Part shown: piece after piece, positions 36,884 to 48,315 of the stretch
Numbering within the stretch: position 1 is the stretch's first letter
How the letters are laid out: each line of letters opens with the position of its first letter
Assembly: GCA_043228905.1 (NCBI GenBank)
Contig: JBHGNT010000015.1
Location: forward strand, 15,562,001 to 15,626,000
DNA length: 64,000 bases
Source: Azolla caroliniana
Lineage: Eukaryota; Plantae; Polypodiophyta
Direction: 5' to 3'
Translations under genes and position numbers: made by a program
Notes under the pieces: generated by a model
The model's database searches: none
Told to the model about the DNA's origin: nothing
The model's input: the letters and a program-made list of their open reading frames with translations, nothing else

Positions 36884-36890
36884 TTGTCAT

Positions 36891-38467
36891 GCAGCCTCGT
36901 AGTGCAAATTGTAGTCTGGAGAGGCGTCCTCTACGATGGACCGAGCCCAAGTCCCCTGGAAAGGGACATCAGAGAGGGTGAGGGCCCCGTTGAGCTCAGA
37001 CCCTGTCTCTCCATGACACACCGTCGACGAGTCGGGTTGTTTGGGAATGCAACCCTAAGTGGGTGGTAAATTCCATCCAAGGCTAAATACGGGCAAGAGA
37101 CCAATAGCGAACAAGTACCACGAGGAAAAGATGAAAAGGATTTTGAAAAGAGAGCTAAAAAGTGCTTGAAATTGCAGGGAGGGAAGCGAATGGAGGCCGC
37201 GGGTGTGCCCGGTTGGATACAGAACGGTGTGAGTTGGTCCGCCACTCGACACAGGGCGTTGGTCAGCGTGGGCTGGCACAATGGGACAAGAATGAGCTTT
37301 TGTTGGCTCGTCAGTGCTGTCGTGCCGGCCGAGGAACGAAGCATGCACCGTTAGGCGGGCTATATGCACTTGCATGCTCGGGAAACTGGCGCTCTGGGCT
37401 TTCCGTCCAACCTATCTTGAAAAACGGACCAAGGATTCTAACATGTATGGAAGCCGGTGGGTGGCAAACCCACGGAGGCGCAAGTAATCTGAGAGGTGGG
37501 ATCCCCCTTGTGGGGTGCACCATCGACCAACCATGTCTTCTGTGAAAGGTTTGAGTGGGAGCGTAACTGATGGGACCTGAAAGATGGTGAACTATGCCTG
37601 AGTAGGGTTAAGCTAGAGGAAAACTCTGGTGGAGGCTTGTAGCGATACTGACGTGAAAATCATTCGTCAGACTTGGGTATAGGAGCAAAAGACTAATCGA
37701 AACCATCTAGTAGTTGGTTCCCTCCGAAGTTTCCCTCAAGATAGCTAGACCTCTTCACAATTTTATCAGGTAAAGTGAATGATTAGAGGCATCGGTGGGG
37801 AAACACACTCAACCTATTCTCAAACTTTAAATAGGTAGGCAGCCGAGGTTGCTCTGTTGAACCTCGGTGTGGAATGTGAGCTCCAAATGGGCAATTTTCA
37901 GTAACCAAAATTGGTGATGTGGGATGAACCAAAAGTTGGGTTACGGTGCCAAACTGCGCACTAACCTAGATCCCACAAAGGTTGTTGATTAATTAAGACA
38001 ACAGGACGGTGATCATGGAAGTCAAAATCCGCGAAGGAGTATGTAACAACTCACCTATTGAATCAACTAGCCCCGAAAATGGATGGTGCTTAAGCACACG
38101 ACCTATACCCGGCCATCGGGGCGAGTGCGAGGCCTTGATGATTAGGAGGGCATGGGCGTCATGGTGCAACTCTGGGTGTGAGCCTGAGTGAAACGGTCTC
38201 CAGTGCAGATCTTGGTGGTAGCAGCAAATACTCAAATGAGAACTTTGGAGACCGAAATGGAGAAAGGTTCCATGTGAACAACAATTGGACATGGGTTAGT
38301 CAATCCTAAGAGATGGGGAAATCTTGTGTCAAGGGCGCAATACGCGTCATGCATCAAACGGGAATCGGGTTAATAATCCCGAACCGGGACATGGCGGTGG
38401 ATGGCAACGTGACTGAATCTGGAGATGTCGGCGGGGGCCCCAGGAAGAGTTCTCTTTTCTTTTTAAC
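36891..38467 (+). pseudogene. Nuclear large-subunit (25S/28S) rRNA pseudogene fragment, roughly the 5' half of the gene
   Basis: LSU landmarks in order: AATTGTAGTCTGGAGA, GAGTCGGGTTGTTTGGGAATGCA, AAGGCTAAATAC, GAACAAGTACC, TCTTGAAA.ACGGACCAAGG, GATGGTGAACTATGCCTG, CCCTCCGAAGTTTCCCTCA, GCAGATCTTGGTGGTAG, GGAAGAGTTCTCTTTTCTTTTTAAC. Many C>T and G>A changes; no ITS2, 5.8S or 3' half. Confidence 0.95.
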
Positions 38468-38931
38468 TACACATGTTGCACCTAACTACAAAACCATATT
38501 CTTTGCGGAATGGGGAAACTGTACACATCGATACATGTTAGAGCCCATCCCATTATCTGCCATTCGAACCATTGCTTCCATGCGACTTAGCTCACATGCA
38601 TTGCAATGTGAGACAGGGCATTGGGGCACAAGTGATGAGTGTTGTCGGCTATGCACACTTTGCCCTAAACAAGTTCATGAATCTGACCATGACACTTTGA
38701 TACAATGCTCTGCCTTTGATCATATTCGACCATGCTTTCCACATCTCTTCAATCGAGCCCAATCCTTGCATGAATTTCTCTCACAACCACAATGTGCACT
38801 CTCGATTGCAACATTCATTGGTAAAGTTCTTGAACATCGAGAGTCACTACTCACTTTCACACATATCACGTGAAATGTAATCTTTTTGGTCTCATAGGTC
38901 ATATTTGACCTCCAAAGACGATAATATATAT
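38468..38931 (+). mobile_element. 5'-truncated LINE 3' end (RTE-X-like ORF2 C-terminus plus 3' UTR)
   Basis: RLSSHALQCETGHW...CTLC...ESDHDTLIQCSAFDHIR; 3' UTR motif TGGTCTCATAGGTCA (38887-38901) shared with the LINE at 63403-64000; ends in (CT)n. Confidence 0.85.
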
Positions 38932-39164
38932 TCTCTCTCTCTCTCTCTCTCTCAATCAGTTGCCTCCGGCATGAATTAGGAAATTCTTTGGCTAGTGTCT
39001 TAGTCAGGGTGATCGATACCGGTGAAGCTCAGTCCTTCCGTACCCGTTTCTCCCTGGTCCAAGACCCCGGTGGTCCCGTCCCTATCCGACACATACCCAC
39101 GGATTACCCCGATACTGGGAAACTTACATACATTAATTGGATTAAACAATGGTTGAACACAATC

Positions 39165-39990
39165 GTGTCACCAAATTGTGTTGAAAATTGTTACCGATTA
39201 GGAACACGGTCTACGGTCAGTCCTTCGACCTAGACCTCCAAGTGACTGTGTGACAACGAACGGTAGTGTCTATGCGTAATACGTAGGGGAATGTTCCCCG
39301 TAACCTAGCAGTGTATAAGGGAGACGGCTACAACCGAGCTCCTTAACAGTGGCTACACACTCACCGTTGCTTACTTCTACACTCTTAGGTTTTACAAACA
39401 CACAGTAGATTAGTCATAGCTATACACAGATATCAGAGAAGATAGAATTCTATTACGATATGCTTCTTTACGTTCCAAAATTACACGCTATCTCTATCAG
39501 AGGTTTTCTGCCCTTTATATACGCAGGGTCTTTTAGCCGTTCACGCTTCTTGCGTGAACCATTACATGCGTTACAATCTTATATTATTCCTGATTCATGT
39601 GCTCTTGTCCGTCGGTTACTATTCCGGTGGACAACAAAAATATATATGCATGACCACAAGGGTTTTATGATGTAGTATTTTGTTCACCGGAACATCGAAG
39701 TGCATTGTTGGCTAAAGTTATGGCCACTTTTACAAGAGTTGATGAGTCAAATGGGTAAAGTGTTGATATCTCCACATGCAAATGCTACAAATAAGTGCAG
39801 ATTTTGTGTGTTATAGGATACAAGTCATAAGAGGCCAGGATGGGTGCATATGAACACAACTGTATGATAGGCGGCATATAATTCAAAAGAACCATCGGTA
39901 TCAGTACCGATGCCGTACATGGTACTATTATGTATGTATGTACGTTAGGATACGCATCAGAGTAAAATGACGTAGCTTCGCCACTATCTA
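39165..39990 (-). mobile_element. Possible gypsy-type 5' LTR with PBS remnant
   Basis: The minus strand reads ...CAACACA ATT TGGTGACACG at 39183-39164, with TATATAAA near 39520. The far boundary is uncertain. Confidence 0.35.
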
Positions 39991-42900
39991 GTTGGATTTC
40001 CATTGAAACATTACCAAATTAGATTTTCCGCACCTATTTCCTTTAGAACTGCGGAAAGACTTTGTTTTAGATTTGCATGTCATTGTTTTGGATGTGGTGA
40101 ATGGGGTCACTTTATGGCAGAATGGGATGTATTATGTGCAGTTGAGCATAAGTGTCATGAGTTAGTAGGATCCACAATTCATTTGCATGGATATTCATCA
40201 TTTTATGCAATTGTGGTATTAATTGTGAGGGATAAATATTATCCTCAAGTGGTGCACAATGATCCTTATGGTCGGTTTTTGGTTCTATAAATCACCATTT
40301 GTGGCAAGGTTGTGTGGGTGGTTGGGATTTACGCCCCTAACCAAACCAGCCAACATATTGCATTATGGGGTTCACTCCTTCAAACCGTATGTGTGGGTTG
40401 TCCAAGATTACTTATGGGTGATTTTTAACATGTGTGTTGATGCAACTTGCTTGGGATTCATTGGCTATGGTAGTTCTAAAGTTGGATGTCTGGACATGGT
40501 TGCATGGGAATGATCCAGGTTTTACCTACCAATCCGCTCAACATAGACAAACATGGAGTCGGTTAGATAGAATGTATGTGATGCACGATGCTTCTTTTTT
40601 ACCTACATCACTTCGTATGACAACTCTACAAGATGTGGGAACTTCATATCACTTTCATATTTGTTTGGAGGTTTGTAATCATGCAATTGACATGTATAAA
40701 TCCTTACTTGGAAAGGCTCCATTACGCTTTAACTCTTCTCCTTTGCTTCAACCTCATTTTGATTCTCTCATGGAGCAAATTTTGGTAGATTTTTCGCAAC
40801 AAATGAATCTTAAAGGAGTTAAAGCATGGGATATCATGTTACGAAACGTTAAGATCATTCATTGTATGTATAGAGTAACTAATACTCAACGAAGATGAGG
40901 TCTTCTTCGACAATTCTCACAAGTTCTCTCCAGGTGTAATGCATTATTGATACATGCACCATTAGATGATGAGCGTTTGGATATCTTGAGTCAATCACAT
41001 GTTATTATTTCTCAATTGCAATGCCAAAGTTATCATTATGCTAAGATGCGACAACTTAAGGATGGGCTCATAGATAATCAATGTCAATCTCATTTGTTTT
41101 TCCAAGTGTTACATCCTACTTATGCTCGATCTAATGTGGTACATGTGAAGCAAGGGGATAAATAGATAATGGATTCTTCTACAATAATTGACATATGTGT
41201 TCATTACTTTAAGGAGTTGATTGGCCCAAAATTGTTAATGACAAATGAGGTGAGTAGAGCATGTCATGAGTTTTATGATGTGGTTGGATGTATTGTGCAT
41301 GACCTCGTTAGTCATGAATTGGATGCGGATTTGACTGAGGATGAGGTGGACACAGTTTTAAGGCATCTTCCTAGTGGTAAGAGCCCTGGTTGGGATGGCT
41401 TGACAAATGAAGTTTTTAAGCGATAGTCGAACATTTTAAAGGGGCCCTTAACTTTGATGTTTCAACATTCTTGGGATTTTGGTCATATGCCTCAAGCTTG
41501 GAAGGTTGGTCTAATTAAATTAGCTCCAAAGGTGGCATCTCCTGAGTCATTTCATCAATGGAGACCTAACTCTTTGATGGGGGGGTTCTATAAGATATTT
41601 ACAAAGGTCTTCGCAAATAGATTACAAAAGTATTTGCCAAAGTTGATATATCCTGCCCAATATGGTTTTATTGCAGGCAAGAATATATTACATAAAATGG
41701 TGAATGTTCAAATGGCCATGGATTATGCTCAAAACACTCATCAAGAATTGATTATGGTGCAATTTGATTTGGAGAAAGCTTACGATCATGTTAATTGGTC
41801 CTTTGTTTCTAGGTTAATGCATACAATGGGCTTTGGACCTCGTATGTCTCGCCTCATATTTTTATTAGGACAAGATGTGTCTTGAGTAATGCTTAATGGG
41901 GGAGTTACATCAGATATTGCCCTCGCAAGATCCATTCGTCAAGGATGCTCTCTTAGCCCATTGTTGTTTGCTATTGTTACTCATCCCTAGTTAGTGATGT
42001 TATCCAGGCTTGCAACAAATGGTGACATTATGGGTCCACACCTTCCGTCTAGAGGGCAACTAGTAGCACAAGCTTTGGTTTATGATTCTTTCATGTTTCT
42101 ACAAGCCTCACGAGAGAATCTGGAGAAGGGGATGCTTGTATGGAACCAGTTTATATTGGCTTCCGGATTACATATTAATTGGAGGAATTCTAGTCTCATA
42201 TCAGGGATTTGGAGTGTTTAGGATGGCATGGATTCGTGGTAAAGAAAGGCCCTATTTTTCGACATTTGGGTTATCCATTAAGAATGAATGTTACAAATGG
42301 TCAATTTATTGAATGGATGTCTAGTAAGTTTAGGGATAAGTTCATGTATTGGAAGTCACAATCTTGGCCATTTCATGTACGTTTGAAGGTTGTACAATGT
42401 ATTATGGAACCCATGATATAAAGGTAAAGAGGGATGTTTGAGGGAGCAGCTATTGATGGATGATGTTTAGTAAACAAAGAGTAGACACATATTTTTGGGT
42501 GTATCCAATCGCCTTGATTGGTACACAAGAAAAAAAAGGTTATTATACTAGTTAACCCTACAATGAAAGAGGTGTGTTCAAACTACAAAAGGAGGTGTCC
42601 TGTCCAAGTGAACAATGTGTTCACATATACGAATAATTACCTAATTTGTGAACTACAGGCCTTTACACCTAACATGATATTATATTACTTGACATTGTTT
42701 CCATGGACAAAGAAGGCTTTGCATTCTATTTTGGAACCTTTTCGATATTTGTTGTGGAAGAAGAGGGATAAGATGGGAATCACATGGGTTGCGTGGATTC
42801 ATCTCGCAACCCCTAAGCACTTGGGGGGATCTAGAATATTGAACTTATCTATGCATATGATGGCTCGTAGATTTTCATTATTACAAGACATGTGTTCAAA

Positions 42901-44130
42901 CTCACAACCATGGATATCTATTGTTCAATATTTCATTGAGAACAAGGGTTTAACACATGGGAGGACAATGATTAAGGCTTCATGGTGACAATTATGGAAT
43001 GGATGTATTTCACTTAGGATTATGGGCTCTTAATGTGTTCAACACTTGGTTACCTCATGGCAAGAAGCACTCTTGTTATGTGTATGGAAACCATCATCTA
43101 GTAGAGAACATTGTAATTCTTTGCAAAAAGAGTTACTTGTGTCTTCTCGATTATTATGTTGGCCAGGAAATGAGAGATTGCACTCACAATTTAATCATTT
43201 GTTTCGTTTGGGGGTCAAAGAGGTGGGAGATATAGTTGAGGCTCCATCTCAAAGAATTTTGGAGTTTGTTAGAGCGCGAAAATTATTACACATCTCGCCT
43301 AATTATGGGTTTATCTAGCAAACAACTACAAAATATTGCATTGAAGCAAGGCCCCTTACCTCCACAAATAGGAGAATAATCGTGGATTGATTGGTGTTTA
43401 CGAGGTCAAACGTCGTTGTTACAAGTGACTACTAATCTTTTGTATCATTGTTCTATTGAGTCCCTTGAATGGTTATCATCTAAGACCAAAGAAGAATGGA
43501 AAATTCACAAATCTAATCATGGGTGGTGGCAAATCTTACAACTTAGTTGACATTCTAAATTGCCACTTGTAGCAAAGGTCTTCATTTGGAGAGTTTTGAT
43601 TGGAGGATTTCCTTTGGGATTAGCTCTAAAGCATCGTGGACTCGCAATGAGTAATTTCTTCTTTTGCACTGTTCAAATGGAAGATAGTACTCATCGATTT
43701 ATACAATGTCCGATTTCTTGTCAGATTTGGACTTACATTTCTCAAAATTGCCAAGTTTTATCATGGTGTTATTTGACACCTAGACAGTGTGTGTTTGCAC
43801 AATTTACATAGGTTGACCCAAAATCAAAGATTGAGATTGTTTTCCTATTTCTGAGATATTGGCGATTGCATCATAATTGGAACATGCGCAACGCATTTGT
43901 ATTTAATGGTAGACATGGAGTGAAAGCATATCTACGAAAGTTGAAGGGAGTACTAATGTGGCAATTTTCTTTATTAGAGCAAGTGGAAATTCTTTCCTCA
44001 GTTGAGTGTTCGTCTTGCCTATTAGCAATTCAACATGTTCCACTACCCATGTAGTGTAGATAATGGGTGACCATACTCCATTGTCACGCCCATTGTAAGT
44101 AGTGTTTTTCACACACATTTATTAATATAA
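39990..44130 (+). mobile_element. Degenerate L1-clade LINE (ORF1 CCHC remnant, endonuclease, RT, zf-RVT)
   Basis: CFGCGEWGHFMAE; WSRLDRMY; GKSPGWDGL; WRPNSLM; QYGFIAG; FDLEKAYDHVNW; RQGCSLSP; PKHLGG; VFIWRVL...MEDSTHRFIQC. Many stops and frameshifts. Confidence 0.9.
42419..42674. mobile_element. 256-bp insertion (probable solo LTR) in the L1 LINE
   Basis: TSD TGATA (42414-42418 and 42675-42679); ends TAAAGGTAAAG...CTTTACACCTAACA; the LINE reading EPMI|LYYL resumes after removal. Confidence 0.7.
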
Positions 44131-44141
44131 GGGGTCGGATG

Positions 44142-44189
<48 letters not shown>

Positions 44190-44266
44190 GGGACAAAATA
44201 ACCATAGCCAGATCCAGTAACATACATACACATTGATATATATTGTGTGTCTCAGAGATCGTGATC

Positions 44267-44723
44267 ATGAATCCTTTCTCGCACGCAGTACGGCTCCCTT
44301 TCACTACCTTGCGCTCGCCTCGAATGCGTTTGAAGCTCCCCAACAAGATAACCTACCGTCTCCCATGTCTGTGTTTGTGCTCATCCTCATCACTTATTTC
44401 ATGGTGGTGTCGGGCATAGTGTGTGACGTGATCGTGGAGCCACCGGGGATTGGTAGGCGGCAATTTCCCATACTAGTGTAGAACGACTTGTCATCTTCTT
44501 GCCTAGATGTGTCAATGGACAATACATCATTGAGGGCCTCTCCTCCAACTTCATGTTTCTCCTTTGAGTGCCCAGATTTATACTTCTAGACCTCGGTATG
44601 GACAAGAACATCGTCAGGTCAGATTGAATGGCTTCCATTGATGCCACCACCTCCCTCATCTTTGTCTCCAACGGCATTTCCATGCTCTTCGTACACATCA
44701 AAATCTACAGGTGCCTTTGGTAG
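44267..44723 (+). pseudogene. OSTC: Oligosaccharyltransferase subunit OSTC/DC2 pseudogene, probably a retrocopy with UTRs (44186-44981)
   Basis: MNPFSHAVRLPF..LRSPRMRLKLP/LPSPMSVFVLILITYFMVVSGIVCDVIVEPPGIG/...VNGQYIIEGLSSNFMF...LLDLGMDKN...MLFVHIKI; frameshifts and stops; (GA)n on both sides. Confidence 0.88.
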
Positions 44724-44981
44724 TTCCTATGTTTAGAGCTTTTGTTTCGAGAGAATTGGACTATAGTGATGAGTTACAAGAGGATGATGATGATGCAATG
44801 GATTTTTTTCTTCGTTTTATGGAATACTAGATTCCTTCTGCTTAGTTTGATTCATTTTAATGCATATACTAAACTAAAAGGGCATATTTTTATGGATCTT
44901 TTTATTCCTATTGAAACTTAGCATTAACATTCTTATTATTGTTTCACAATGAGATAATCTCGTGTCAACCATTGATCATTA

Positions 44982-45026
<45 letters not shown>

Positions 45027-46379
45027 AGGCTCCATAAGGTGATTGACCTCTTCAAAATGGCCTCCCACTGGCAAACAAGGATGTGCAAGATGAGTTACAA
45101 GAAAGCAAGAGTTTGTTGCCATCTAGATCTAGACCACTTTCTGATGGTTGTTGGTTAAGTACCATATGTATAATTATCAGTTTTTAATCGTATTCATATG
45201 TGTGTATGTATATTTTCATATGCATGTTGTGTTGTATGCCTCTACGAATGATGCACACATGCATTTGCAACATTCCGTCATAATTTGTGTTTTTGCTATT
45301 GTCATATCACAGGCAAGAAAAACTCTTTTGGTCTTGAGAAGCCTCATGCGGCTTCAAGATGTGATTTACAATAGAGGGCGGAGATTCCAATGACAATCAA
45401 ACAAGAGTTTGTTGTGATCTTTTGTTTGCTACTATCATTTTGATATTGTTATTTTATTCACACAATATGTTAATCTTTGGTTTCATATTGTTACTGTATA
45501 AGTTTTCAACTCATTGAATGAGTGTGGTCGACAAAGAAGTGGTAAAAAATGTATTTTCTAAGTGTGTAGGTTTGCACATTTCAGACTAGATGTTCTTGAA
45601 TAGCAACGTAGGGAGTTAAATACCCAATTTTTCTTAGAGAAAAACTCAGTGTGTTGTTTCTAGGATTGCAGTAACTTTATGCAGCGAAGTTCTTACTCAA
45701 GTTGAATGTTGTGAATTATTCTTGGATATCACATAATATTGTTGTTTTGATATATGCTCTTTTAGATATATCGTTTTGCACTTACGTGAAGCCACAATAT
45801 ATGCATTGCTACATAGGCATGTTATAGAAGATGGAATGTAATGAAGATCGACTTTAATGCTTAGTGATTAGATGGTGATCCTTCTTCAGTATGAAGACAC
45901 ATGCTCCACACCAACATACATGCAAACAAACATACAAACAAAATTTTTAAAACGGAAATAAGGAATAAAATGTATTAAAAAGGTGCAAGCAAAAATTAAT
46001 GTGTTGTAATTCAACTCATACATAAATAAACATGAAATACAATATAGTGCATATATTATTAATATATACATACATACATTCGCATGCAATACAATACATT
46101 TCATACATACAACCCATGCATAAAATATATACAAGTTTACAACATATGCGATATAATACAATGCATATATACATACATGTATAAAACATGTGTGTTTTCT
46201 ATGCAAGGGTATTTGAAATGAGTAGTTATAAAAATATATATTTACACTAAGGGGTATTTTTATGAACCGTTTTTTTATAAAAGGGTATCTAAAATAGTAA
46301 AAAATATATGTATAAGGGGTTTATAAAAGATGTCATGAACGCACGTGATATAACCTCTTTAAATATAGTGGAGCCCCCG

Positions 46380-47730
46380 GGCAAGCAACATCCAAAGATC
46401 TCCAAGTTTTTGATTCTGTGCACAAGTTGTAGGTACCCTGTTGTCAGTGATCAGCCAAACAATGTCATCCTCCCCTCTGTACTTAGCATTGCATGTGCTA
46501 TTGTATTTCGCCACATCATCCTCAAGACAAATCCAACAAGCATGTCCCAGTTGAGGGTGAACGAACTAGAGGCATGGCAAAGCAAACGTAGTGCCCTTCC
46601 CCATACAGCCACTGCATCGCGACATTCCCATAGACAATGGGAAATGCTTTCTATCTGTCCACATGCAATACATCTAGGGTCTACATTGGGGTCTTTACCC
46701 CACGTCCCTACTGGCAAGGCTCTATGTGCAATAAGCCATAAACACATCATTATCTTGCGGTCTTTACCTTGTGTCTATTCAATTCATGCAGTTTATATCT
46801 CTTTTAATTTTCCTAAGGTTTGGAGATTGGCATGCATAAACTATTTATCATTTCATGTATAGAGAGTAATCTACACGATCTTGGTTTTGGAGTTGCCAAT
46901 TTGCATGGTTTTATTTGTAGGCAATTGGGTCATCCAACTAGTTTGGAACTATCAAATGAAAGTCTTGCTTAATAAACATATCGAAAGGTCGAGGATAAGT
47001 TCATGTGTTGCAATTCACAAGCATGGCATTTTCATGTAAGACTTAAAATGGTGCAATAAATTATGATTCCTATAGTGTCGTACTATGTACCATTGTTGCA
47101 TGATCAAGCAAGGCAATGGAAAGATTAACATCTTCAGTGAGGTTTACGTTATGGAAAAAGAAGGATAAAATGGCCCACTCTTGGGTGTCATGGAATGATG
47201 ATTGTACTACAAGAAATACTTGGTGGAGCAACAATATTAAATTTACATGAGCACATGCTACTAGATACAAGATTCTCCTTTCTTAAGGAGATGTTAAAAG
47301 TAAACAAGCATGGATGGAGGTGGTAGTTTTTTTCTTGGGAAGATAGGATTAATTTTGAAAAAACAAAGATGATAGCATCTTGGTGCAGTGTTGTGAATAA
47401 TGATAAACAAATGAATTATTCAAAGTTGATTATAGTTACTCAATTGTTGGCTTCTTAGCGGAGTGTTTTGGAATATGTGCAATGACATCCTCCACCAAGC
47501 AAGTACTTACTTTGAGAACATTGTGATGGGAGGGTAACCATTTGTTCCAATTTTCTTGGATAGCACGGCTTGGGTTAGTTACAATACATGATGCGTTGTT
47601 TGCCGTGCAAGTAGAATAGTGGCATTTTGAATAGTTAAGATGAGATTTAATATTCCTAGAAGTTATAGATATAGGGTTTGGCAATTTTAGAATGCCCAAT
47701 TACAGATTCCCTCCAACTTTTCAACTAAAG
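46380..47730 (-). mobile_element. Degenerate L1-like LINE 3' portion
   Basis: zf-RVT motif LWLIAHRALPVG...CIACGQIESISHCLWEC..AVAVW (46451-46750); GGNL/MGILKL remnant near 47700. Confidence 0.7.
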
Positions 47731-48315
47731 CTTATGGGAACTTTGTCAGAAGTAGGTGTTTTACAAAAGTAAAAACAATTTAATTATATTTAGCATATGT
47801 TAATTGACAAGAATGAATTGATGGAAACAAAAGTTGCGAGAGAATGAGGAATTATGAAGCCCACAATGTGATGGCCGTTTGCTAGGGACAAGATGATGTT
47901 CTTGTCTTCCATTTATAATTAAGGTGTTTATTGGAGTTTTTATCCCTAGAAGATGCTTAAAGAAAGGAAAATATTTGTACTAGAATGTGTTTCTTTTGCA
48001 TACTAAAAACAATGGGCATTGTTTTCTTACTTGCCTAATGTTAAGAATTATTTGGACATACATTACTATAGTGTGGGGCTTCTTTGAGTGGAGTTTTGAA
48101 TTCCCCATTCCAAAGGGTCTCCTCATATATAGATAGAGATTCCCTTCCTCTCATTTTCAAATAGGTTTTGAGTTCTTAAGGTGTTGGGGATTAAGCATGT
48201 TTGGTGTATGTGTAACATATTGGTATTTGTGGCACAACTAGGTGTGCAACAACATATTAGGCAATTGAAATGTTACTTTGGCAATTTTCATTGTTGGAAA
48301 CCTCTTGGAAGTTAT

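Noticed and set aside
36931-38292. ORFs on both strands over the rRNA fragment
   Set aside because: These are the usual spurious translations of LSU rDNA.
36891-38467. Functional rRNA gene, or an R2-like site-specific insertion in rDNA
   Set aside because: The copy is partial with many transitions in conserved motifs, rDNA does not resume after the LINE, and the junction is upstream of the canonical R1/R2 region.
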